Shown here in pieces: positions 56,266 through 64,000 of a DNA stretch of 64,000 nucleotides. Positions within the stretch are counted from its first letter, which is position 1. Each line of letters opens with the position of its first letter. This stretch comes from Candidatus Thorarchaeota archaeon (GTDB lineage: Archaea > Asgardarchaeota > Thorarchaeia > Thorarchaeales > Thorarchaeaceae): positions 1 to 64,000 of the forward strand of contig PRDI01000039.1 of assembly GCA_003345595.1 (NCBI GenBank), read 5' to 3'. The notes beneath the pieces were generated by a model, which saw nothing but the letters and a program-made list of their open reading frames with translations, was not told the DNA's origin and ran no database searches. The position numbers and the translations under genes are program-made.

Positions 56266-57300
56266 TCAGAGAAGCCGCTTGATTGTTTCTTCGAAGATTG
56301 ACCTGAACTCATTGCTCTTCTCGTGAATCTCTTTTGAGAGCGGGCTACTGGCTCTGGACAGACCGCATTGTGTCGAAATCATTGCCCGGTCATGCAAGAG
56401 ATCCAGGCTAACTGTGCTCTTTTGGAATGACTCGAGCACCAGTTTCAGATTCCTCCGAAGGGTTTCGGTGACTGGGGTGATATAAGCATCATCAACATTC
56501 GGAAGTACGCCTAGTCCAAGTGCGCCTCCCCTTTCCATAAAGGAATTGATACTCTCCGCTTGTCCCGGGTCAATCTCCGGCAGAAATGCCAGCACGTCGA
56601 TGTGCACTATCTTGGGGACGCCGTCCCACAGGATGTAAGAGCTGTTGCTGGAGAGCAGCCGCCAGTCATCGCAGTAATGGTACGCCGGGACAACCGACTT
56701 AGGGAACAGTTTTTCTGTACCATCAATGACCTGCCTCAGAGTAAGGCCATCAGCTCGACCATCCCTTATCATTTTGACCACGAATCCAAGAGCAGGGTCG
56801 TCCTGACACAGGAAGACAGTCTTGCAGGAACGTGATAGATGCTCAACCTGGCCCTTCGCAACTCTTGTCATAAGTGACGAATAAAAGTGAAACATCCTCT
56901 GAGACACAAGTTGCCTGCCGTCGCTTCCTCTAGTGCTGAAACACATCGTGGCTGGCGCAGTTTGTTGTGTCTTGAAAAACTCGTACCGGCTTCCATCCAT
57001 CATCAGATATAATCCGTGTGCATGGCTCTGATCTGGGATTAGCGGCATACCATTCTGCGTCATCTCTTGATACGCATACAGATCTAGGTCGAGTATGTAG
57101 TCACCCTTCTCTTCAAAACCCTCGACCAGCGATCCGAACTGTCGTATCATGTCCTCTTCCTTGATTCTCGGGACTTGATACGCATAGGGCAGCTTGAGCC
57201 TCTTCACATAAGGCAAAGCAGCCTTTGGGTCCGATTCCCCAACACTGCCCACCCCGAGGAACTCTCCCACGAGCTGCCCAGGTAGGACTCTCTGTGTCAT
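56266..57300 (-). CDS. MetE-catalytic-domain-like (URO-D/MetE superfamily) Zn protein
   Basis: GVGS N-terminus, QVP..EEDMIRQ, K.Q.T.P.T, QDDP, HYC, GLGVLP, ISTQCGL. Confidence 0.75.
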   Translation of the reverse strand: MTQRVLPGQLVGEFLGVGSVGESDPKAALPYVKRLKLPYAYQVPRIKEEDMIRQFGSLVEGFEEKGDYILDLDLYAYQEMTQNGMPLIPDQSHAHGLYLMMDGSRYEFFKTQQTAPATMCFSTRGSDGRQLVSQRMFHFYSSLMTRVAKGQVEHLSRSCKTVFLCQDDPALGFVVKMIRDGRADGLTLRQVIDGTEKLFPKSVVPAYHYCDDWRLLSSNSSYILWDGVPKIVHIDVLAFLPEIDPGQAESINSFMERGGALGLGVLPNVDDAYITPVTETLRRNLKLVLESFQKSTVSLDLLHDRAMISTQCGLSRASSPLSKEIHEKSNEFRSIFEETIKRLL

Positions 57301-59021
57301 TCCCTTTTCTCCCTGACCGTGTGGGCCTTCCGTCTTACTACCTTGTTACAAGATTGGAGCGCCGGGCAACCGAAACACGCCTCTGGAGCATCAGAGAGCG
57401 TCTGCTCGCCGTATAGCAAGACCTGTTCGGCCACCGCTGATCCTTGAGTTTCCTGAGGCTCTGGCTTCTTCTTATCAGCTCTAGTAACATTGCACTTGTG
57501 ATTCCGCAATTCCTCGGCGAGCTTGTCGATGTCACCCTGCAACACTACAGCCATCGGTCCTACTCTCTTGACTACGCTATGTGCAAAGTCTTCTATAAGT
57601 AGAAGATTCTCAAGGTCTTTCTCAGTTTCCGTTTCCAACAACAGGACCTGAGACACCGTTGCGAACGTTGCTTGCGAAATCCAGTCTTTGATTGAGCGGA
57701 CAACGTTCGCAGGAACTGGCTTACTGCTCTCCTCCTCCAAGAAACCAAGAATGTCTCGTTCTCTAAGACCCATTTCGATGGCTTGGAAGACTGACTTGTC
57801 AGTCATTTTGAGCGTGGTCACCACATCTGTTCTGATGGGCTCCGTGAACAGCATCAATCTGTAGATCTTGTGATAGTCCATTTCGGACGTGAACACGGTG
57901 ATTTCGAAGTTGGGCTGAACGAGGAAGGTTTCATGACTCTCCTCAGCTTTCAGCGTCTGGTTTGCAATTACTGCGGCACCTATTGGAGTCAGGGTTACGA
58001 ACTGGAGAGTCTTACCCCTGTATGCGCCCTCCAGAAGTCCCAAGAGGATTGGCGTTTCCAGTGCCGTACTTACTCTCTCCTCATCGACTTGGATCCATTT
58101 CAGCGGCTGATTCTCAATGAAGAGCTCACTCCGAATCCAGTCCCGCAGTTCTGTTACACTTATCCACTCATCCTGCTTGCTTTCGCGTAGCCTGCAGACG
58201 GCGAGGTTGAGAGTGTACTCAGTAGGTTGATCGGGTGTCGCCCATATGGCCCTTGTATGGCCAAGAGAGGAGAGAAGTATCCGACGAGCGACTTGGTCCT
58301 GTTGCCCTGCAAAAAGGAGGTCAATCTTGGAAGGCACTGCTCTGTCATTCTCAACAATCGAATAGGCTCCTGCCTTCCGGGCCGTCTTCTGAACCAAGTC
58401 GAACCGTTCGTCTGTTGGCTGTGACATGGCTTCCTTCACACGGTCGACGTCCCTCTTCGGGAATTCCCATGAGCTTGTCATATGTGTTTCTTGCTTCGCA
58501 AGATATGAAACGAGGATTAGCATGTCGACAAGGAGAGTGTCCCGATAGTCGACAAACACCTTCAGCCGCTTTGGCTTCTGTCCGGACGGAACTGGCTTCT
58601 CCGAGAAGTACCTGACCAGGTGCGGAGTAAGAAAGTCCAATATCTTGAACTCGGCCACTTCTCTGCCCAACTCAGTGAGTCTTGACATCACCCTTCTTAC
58701 TATGATTCCCTTCTTCCGAAGATCCTTTTCGGTCTGGTTCAGCTGGCCATAGCTGTATACTTTTCTGTACGGTTTGAGCCTGTCATAGCTCATGGCGCCA
58801 CCGCTGAGGGACAGCATCCCAAGGAGATCCTTCTCTTTGGAGTCAAAGGTGCTGAAGACGCGGTCTCGGGCCTGCTTTGACCTCATCCTCTCAGCTAGCA
58901 ATCTAATGAGAGATGTCCCCGAGGAAGAGCCGCTCACTTCCACGCCCCAGTATTGGCACGCAGCGATTAGGTCCTCTCTGAGCATGTGTTCGAGCTCTTG
59001 CTCCAGCGTTTCCTTTGACAT
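57297..59021 (-). CDS. XPB helicase-associated (Helicase_C_3 / Tfb2-p52-like) protein
   Basis: FLVQPNFEI...LMLFTE...LKMTDKSVFQAIEMGL....ILGFLEEES.KPVPANV..SIKDW; N-terminal helical/wHTH repeats. Confidence 0.82.
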   Translation of the reverse strand: MSKETLEQELEHMLREDLIAACQYWGVEVSGSSSGTSLIRLLAERMRSKQARDRVFSTFDSKEKDLLGMLSLSGGAMSYDRLKPYRKVYSYGQLNQTEKDLRKKGIIVRRVMSRLTELGREVAEFKILDFLTPHLVRYFSEKPVPSGQKPKRLKVFVDYRDTLLVDMLILVSYLAKQETHMTSSWEFPKRDVDRVKEAMSQPTDERFDLVQKTARKAGAYSIVENDRAVPSKIDLLFAGQQDQVARRILLSSLGHTRAIWATPDQPTEYTLNLAVCRLRESKQDEWISVTELRDWIRSELFIENQPLKWIQVDEERVSTALETPILLGLLEGAYRGKTLQFVTLTPIGAAVIANQTLKAEESHETFLVQPNFEITVFTSEMDYHKIYRLMLFTEPIRTDVVTTLKMTDKSVFQAIEMGLRERDILGFLEEESSKPVPANVVRSIKDWISQATFATVSQVLLLETETEKDLENLLLIEDFAHSVVKRVGPMAVVLQGDIDKLAEELRNHKCNVTRADKKKPEPQETQGSAVAEQVLLYGEQTLSDAPEACFGCPALQSCNKVVRRKAHTVREKRE

Positions 59022-59206
59022 ATCGACTTGCTATCCTCTGTCGTTCACTCGAAGTTTCGCAAACAAGCAGCCTGAAACCATCAGTTTATGATGGTTTCGG
59101 TGTTGTCAACCTTTAGTTACGGGGGAGCATCTTCCGACTGCTAGAAGCAGAGTAGGGAGGGGCAGGCTTATCTTGTCTGCGCAGGACATCTTACTTGGTG
59201 CGATAG

Positions 59207-60322
59207 GTGGAGCCAGCGCTCTGGTCCATAAAATACAGTCCTCAGGCATGGGACGACTTCGTCGGTCAAGACGATGCCATCTCACAATTGAGGAAACTTG
59301 CAGAGTCAAAGACCGGTCAGAACATGATCTTCTGCGGCCCGGCGGGCACTGGCAAGTCGTGCGCTGCCTTTGTCTTTTCGCGGGCTCTGTTGGGGGACAC
59401 ATTCACTGCGAATTTCAAATACCTGAACGTCCGCGACCTAAGAGAAACCACAGTTGCCAAGGCCAAGCGCGATCTCCAGACGTTGTCGAAGCTCGAGAGA
59501 AGCGAACGCACGGAGTTGGACGAATACATGTCCGCCGTGTACAAGGAGGCAAAGGCAGACTTGGCTCTGAAGGGGCATACTGGTGAGCCCAACAAGAGCC
59601 AACTCCTGCACGAGGCAATCAGACTGTTTGCATCTACTATCACTGTCAGCGATGAGATGGTCAAGTACTTGGTTCTAGATGAGGCTGATGCACTTGACAG
59701 GAATATGCAACAGGCGTTGCGCAGGACTATGGAGATGTACAGTGACGCATGTCGCTTTATTCTGACAACTCCATCTCTCGCAGGCTGGAACACTGCTGTT
59801 GTTTCGCGGTGCTTGGTCGTCAGGTTTCCTGCCCCACAGGATGATGTCGTCGAGAAGCTTCTCAGGACGATAGCGACGAAGGAGCGTGTGAAGTGTGATG
59901 ACAAGGCATTCAGAGCGATTGCCCGTGAGTCGTCAGGTGATATGCGTCGAGCCATCAACCTTCTTCAGGTGTGTGCGGCAGGAGTTCAATCTGTGACAGA
60001 GGATGTGGTGTACGAGTGCTCTGAAAACCAGCTCAACAAGGACGTTCGGGAGATGGTGTCCCTTGTTGTCAACGGATCGTTTGCTCAGGGGAGGGATCTC
60101 ATGAAGCGGCTGTTGGCAGTGGATAGTTACGGCCCCGATGAGATATGCATTGCAGTCCAGGCGGACATCATGAACAGACCACTAGACTCACTGACTACAG
60201 ATCGAATCCTTCAACGTATTGCAGACATTGAATATCGCATTACGCAGGCGAAGAACCCGTTCGTCCATTTGTCTGCCCTCTTGGCGTCGATTGGTGAGAT
60301 GACGTCGGCGAAGACTGCCTAG
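59207..60322 (+). CDS. rfcS: Replication factor C small subunit (with insertion)
   Basis: WSIKYSP, GPAGTGKS, LDEAD, QQALRRTME, SRC, GDMRRAIN.LQ. Confidence 0.9.
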   Translation: MEPALWSIKYSPQAWDDFVGQDDAISQLRKLAESKTGQNMIFCGPAGTGKSCAAFVFSRALLGDTFTANFKYLNVRDLRETTVAKAKRDLQTLSKLERSERTELDEYMSAVYKEAKADLALKGHTGEPNKSQLLHEAIRLFASTITVSDEMVKYLVLDEADALDRNMQQALRRTMEMYSDACRFILTTPSLAGWNTAVVSRCLVVRFPAPQDDVVEKLLRTIATKERVKCDDKAFRAIARESSGDMRRAINLLQVCAAGVQSVTEDVVYECSENQLNKDVREMVSLVVNGSFAQGRDLMKRLLAVDSYGPDEICIAVQADIMNRPLDSLTTDRILQRIADIEYRITQAKNPFVHLSALLASIGEMTSAKTA

Positions 60323-60606
60323 TGCATGGGCTCGAACTTCGTGTCGACCACTACTGAGTCCTGAAGCTTGCCCACCAAGTCTGGACCCAGTGCTTGACGG
60401 TCAAAGAGGAACACCGGGCAAAGCAATTCTCCTTCTCTGGAAATGAGGTCATTCTGGAGCGCGACTGTTAGCATCCTTCTCACATTACTCGGTGTGCCAA
60501 ACCTCCACCTGAAGGACAGTAGCTCCACGGCCTCCTCTACCTTGACTGGGCATCCCTGCTTTCTGAAGAGGTGTGCCAGTATGAGCAGGACCTCTCTTCC
60601 ATTCAT
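60319..60606 (-). CDS. Small hypothetical protein (DUF2240-like)
   Basis: ILAHLFRKQG...LSFRWRFGTP....RML..A...LI...G pattern; TATA-like TTAAAG upstream. Confidence 0.55.
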   Translation of the reverse strand: MNGREVLLILAHLFRKQGCPVKVEEAVELLSFRWRFGTPSNVRRMLTVALQNDLISREGELLCPVFLFDRQALGPDLVGKLQDSVVVDTKFEPMH

Positions 60607-60668
60607 GCGCCTTCCGTGCTCGGTGTTCTTTAAGTACTTTGACTTGCTGAGGGGTCGTCGTTTCCGAC

Positions 60669-61628
60669 ATGAGTCCTCAAGTCAAGATCGTGCATGGGCA
60701 CTCCTTACCGGAACTGGAGAATCAAGTGAGCTCCGCACTGGGCGGCGGGTTGGATGTCACGATTGACGCTTCCCTCCTAGGCGGCTGGAGCAACATCACT
60801 CTCTTGACGTACTCACAGGGACGTACCTTTGTCCTGAAACTCCCGGCCACGAAGGGCCCTTTCGCTTCGCACCCCTACGCCCAAGAGTACAGGGTGATGG
60901 ACTTCCTTTCCCGAGACGGGCTCTGCCCAAAACCTGTGAAGATTGGTCGTCTGAACGATGAAGATCGCACACCGTTCATGGTGTCTGAGTATGTCGAGGG
61001 TGTGGTCAGGTCAAGCTTGGCTGAGGTGACCGGCAGTGACCTGCACAATCTCCGAGTCGCGTTGAGTCGTCTTTCAGCACGCAGGCCGCCCGGTGTAAAG
61101 TCGTACAAGAAGCCTTCTGACTACCTGTCAAGTATCGCAAACACAGTCAAGCAGTCAACAATGGGGGCAGCATCCCCGTCACCCAACCTCGGCCGCCTTC
61201 TTGAGTCATTTGAGGCAGTCGTCGAGCGAGTGGGGGACCTTGCTGATTCGTCCTACATTTGGTCAGGGAAAACGATGCATGGTGACCTGCAAAGGTCCAA
61301 CGTCATTATTCAACCGAATCGGATTGTGCTAATAGATCTCGGTTCCTGCTGCATTGGTGAGCCGCTCCTTGACTTGGCTTATTTCTTCAGTCAGGATGAG
61401 GGCCCAATACTGAGCATTCGCCGTGAAGTCCTGTCCTCGGGCGATGAGTTACCCATTATAGAGGGTCTAAGGCCCCTTGCAGTCATTTCGGCTGTAGGAT
61501 GGAGTCTTCAGTTTCTGCAGCGACTGGAGGCTGATCTGTTCGATGGCACTGCATTAGCTCCTGACGCTGGAACAAGAGTATCTAGGTATGTTGAAGACAA
61601 GATGCAGTATCTGGCCTCCCTCAGGTAA
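60669..61628 (+). CDS. APH/choline-kinase family phosphotransferase
   Basis: LGGWSN, VLK, E..VM, MVSEYVEG, HGDLQRSNV, LIDLG, DLA. Confidence 0.88.
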   Translation: MSPQVKIVHGHSLPELENQVSSALGGGLDVTIDASLLGGWSNITLLTYSQGRTFVLKLPATKGPFASHPYAQEYRVMDFLSRDGLCPKPVKIGRLNDEDRTPFMVSEYVEGVVRSSLAEVTGSDLHNLRVALSRLSARRPPGVKSYKKPSDYLSSIANTVKQSTMGAASPSPNLGRLLESFEAVVERVGDLADSSYIWSGKTMHGDLQRSNVIIQPNRIVLIDLGSCCIGEPLLDLAYFFSQDEGPILSIRREVLSSGDELPIIEGLRPLAVISAVGWSLQFLQRLEADLFDGTALAPDAGTRVSRYVEDKMQYLASLR

Positions 61629-61696
61629 GATTATCAGTCGGCAGGGTCAGCGCCCTCGTCGTTGTTTCGCGGACACACATTTGGCGAGGTGGCGGC

Positions 61697-62527
61697 ATGA
61701 GCTATAAGGAACTCCTAGAAAAGGGCAAGAACCTATACAGGACAGGCATAGGTGTTCTAGATGACGAGCTACCCAATGGCTTTCCATGCAACGCATTCGG
61801 AGTCATTAGAGGTCCTGGCGGAGGCGGCAAGTCAGTTATTCTCAATGAGATTGCCAAGTGCATGATGGAGGCAGGCAAGAGCGTCATCTATGTCTGCTTT
61901 GAAGACACTCCGCTCTCGGTACTGCAGAATCTATGCTCACTTGGCTGGGACTATGCAACGATGCTCGACAAGGGGTTGATACGGCTAGTCGATTGTTTCT
62001 CCACCCAAATACTTCATCGCACTGCACCGAGTGAGCATACCACTCTCGTGAGTGATCCTAGCGAGCCAGACCAAATAGGTGAAGCGATAAGGGCTATCAT
62101 CCAAGAGAGTAATCGTCGCAAGATCGGAGCGATATTCATGGACAGCATAACAGAGCTGTTCCTCCAGTCTCAGCCGTTCAAGGCTGTCAATGCAGTGAAA
62201 GCATGGAGAGCAACATTCTGCAAAGAGCTTTCAATACCATTCTGGGCCACTTACCACACCGGTCTCCAGCAGTTCTCAGCGTACGATGACATAATCACAT
62301 ACATCAGTGACGTCATTGTGGACACCAGGCACGAGCCTGCATTCAGCAAGGCCGGCGTGCTCATCAAACAGTTCAGAGTGACCAAGGTCAAGGGCGCAGC
62401 TCACAATCCCATATGGGTCACGTTCGATGTTGGTATCAAGGGTATAAGGAACGTCGGCATGGATGAGATAAAACAGATTGCCAAATCCATCACCCGGTTC
62501 GAGTCTCCCGGACCTGAAGGCGACTAG
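61697..62527 (+). CDS. KaiC/RAD55-family RecA-superfamily ATPase
   Basis: TGIGVLD, GPGGGGKS, FED, FMDSIT, RVTKVKG. Confidence 0.9.
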   Translation: MSYKELLEKGKNLYRTGIGVLDDELPNGFPCNAFGVIRGPGGGGKSVILNEIAKCMMEAGKSVIYVCFEDTPLSVLQNLCSLGWDYATMLDKGLIRLVDCFSTQILHRTAPSEHTTLVSDPSEPDQIGEAIRAIIQESNRRKIGAIFMDSITELFLQSQPFKAVNAVKAWRATFCKELSIPFWATYHTGLQQFSAYDDIITYISDVIVDTRHEPAFSKAGVLIKQFRVTKVKGAAHNPIWVTFDVGIKGIRNVGMDEIKQIAKSITRFESPGPEGD

Positions 62528-64000
62528 CAGAAGAGTTTCTGAATCGGCTCCTTCCAGACCTCTTCCTCGCCAGACGCAATGATGTACTGATAGCCCTGTT
62601 CTGTTAGGAAAAGCTGTCTCTTGGCGGCAAAGTCCATATCGCGAGTGTCCTTCGTCACTATGCTATAGAACCTTGCCAGACTTCCATCAGTCTTGGGTCT
62701 AAGGATTCTGCCCAGTCTCTGGGCCTCCTCCTGCCGAGAACCAAAGGTCCCAGACACTTGAATGGCGACATTGGCATCGGGTAGGTCCAACGCGAAGTTC
62801 GCTACTTTCGACACTACCAAAGTCTTGAGTTCACCACGGCGAAAGGCACCATAGAGTTCACCCCGCTCCGTGTTGCTGGTCTTCCCTGTAATCAATGGCG
62901 CGTCGAGTTCGTCAGCGATGATGTTGAGCTGATCAAGATACATGCCGATCACCAGGATGTTGTCCTTATGGTGGTGCTCGACAATCTTCCTAAGTATCTC
63001 AAGCTTGACAGGGTTCTCTGCAGCAATTCGGTACTTCCGTCTGTCTTCTTCCACGGCGTACTTCCGCTTTAGTCCCTCTGGCAGCTCGATGCGTATCTCA
63101 TAGCAGACTGCGGTTGCAATCCAGCCTTGGTCTTCCAGCTGCTTCCACGGTACGTCATATTTTTTCGGGCCGATAAGGCTGAAAACGTCCTCCTCTCTTT
63201 CATCCTCTCTGACCAAGGTTGCCGTCAGGCCCAGTCTTCTTGTGGCCTGAATCGAAGCGGTGACTCTGAAGACAGGGGCCGGTAGGAGGTGTACCTCGTC
63301 ATATATGATGAGACCCCATTTCCTAGCCTCGAAGATCTTGAAGTGCTCAAACTCCCCGTCCTTCGACCTACGCCAGGTGAGAATCTGATATGTCGCAACA
63401 GTGACAGGACGTACTGCCTTCGTGTCCCCTGTATACTCGCCTATCTGTTCTGGTTTGAGTGTCGTCTTGTCGAGCAGCTCAGTTATCCATTGGCGGACTG
63501 CCACAACATTAGGGCAGAGTATCAGGACAGACGTCTGAAGCCTGTACATTATTCCCATTCCTACCATAGTCTTCCCTGCGCCGCACGGGAGAACTACAAC
63601 CCCTGAACCACCTGAAACTCCCCCGCCTGCGTGAAAGGCAGCTGCAGACGCTTCTTGATAGTCTCTCAGTTTGAAAGGTCTACCCGACAGACTTGTAGAG
63701 CGGAGTTCAAAATGAAGTTCCTCTCCCTCTACATAGCCCGCAACATCTTCCACCGGGTGGCCGAACTCTATCAGTACTTGTTTTACAAGCCCTCTCATCG
63801 ACGGTTCAATGACCATCCTCTTCTTGTCCAGTCTCTCAAGGATGAGTTCGCGGACTCTCTTGTTCGTCCAAAGCTCCTCAGCAAGGTTTTGAGTAGCACA
63901 GGAGAGGATCAACCTGTCACCTTCCTTTTCTAGGGAGATCTGCCCGTACCTGCTCATGTAGTCGATGATTTCACGGGCTATGTTGCCCGGTATTGGGTAC
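62524..64000 (-). CDS. xpb: DNA repair helicase XPB (type with N-terminal domain); 5' end lies beyond the window
   Basis: LRDYQ, GVVVLPCGAGKT, DEVH, LGLTATLVRED (RED motif), QEEAQRLGRILR; the frame stays open to the window edge (YPIPGNIAREIIDY upstream of the listed Met). Confidence 0.95.
   Translation of the reverse strand, partial: YPIPGNIAREIIDYMSRYGQISLEKEGDRLILSCATQNLAEELWTNKRVRELILERLDKKRMVIEPSMRGLVKQVLIEFGHPVEDVAGYVEGEELHFELRSTSLSGRPFKLRDYQEASAAAFHAGGGVSGGSGVVVLPCGAGKTMVGMGIMYRLQTSVLILCPNVVAVRQWITELLDKTTLKPEQIGEYTGDTKAVRPVTVATYQILTWRRSKDGEFEHFKIFEARKWGLIIYDEVHLLPAPVFRVTASIQATRRLGLTATLVREDEREEDVFSLIGPKKYDVPWKQLEDQGWIATAVCYEIRIELPEGLKRKYAVEEDRRKYRIAAENPVKLEILRKIVEHHHKDNILVIGMYLDQLNIIADELDAPLITGKTSNTERGELYGAFRRGELKTLVVSKVANFALDLPDANVAIQVSGTFGSRQEEAQRLGRILRPKTDGSLARFYSIVTKDTRDMDFAAKRQLFLTEQGYQYIIASGEEEVWKEPIQKLFC

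Noticed and set aside
61697-62527. Circadian KaiC
   Set aside because: Single-domain RAD55/KaiC-like ATPase, common in archaea, with no kaiA/kaiB
63957-64000. XPB start at Met 63957
   Set aside because: The frame continues to the window edge with conserved XPB N-terminal-domain sequence

Overview
Archaeal chromosomal segment (roughly 50-55% GC by eye, densely coding). It is most consistent with an Asgard archaeon, probably Thorarchaeota-like. This is an inference from an archaeal histone, eS25, archaeal GluRS/ThiI/RFC, several eukaryote-signature proteins and a giant Ig-like surface protein with a long cytoplasmic tail. I found no rRNA, tRNA, CRISPR array or mobile element. Main points: (1) two tandem DapA-family aldolase/formaldehyde-activating-enzyme (Fae) fusions whose Fae halves are degenerate in complementary ways; (2) a trafficking-like cluster at 16.7-22.4 kb: longin-Arf-like GTPase, uDENN/longin-wHTH protein, multi-Zn-finger protein, coiled-coil/Pro-rich adaptor, and a large protein ending in an ESCRT-II Vps22/36 (EAP30) domain; (3) three paralogous 4-TM proteins in one operon; (4) XPB plus a Tfb2/p52-like partner; (5) several pseudo-enzymes (Cdc6 and RadA paralogs with broken Walker A motifs, a degenerate M28 peptidase); (6) a 3874-aa adhesin-like protein with 300-bp internal repeats. 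All family calls come from motif recognition, not database searches.
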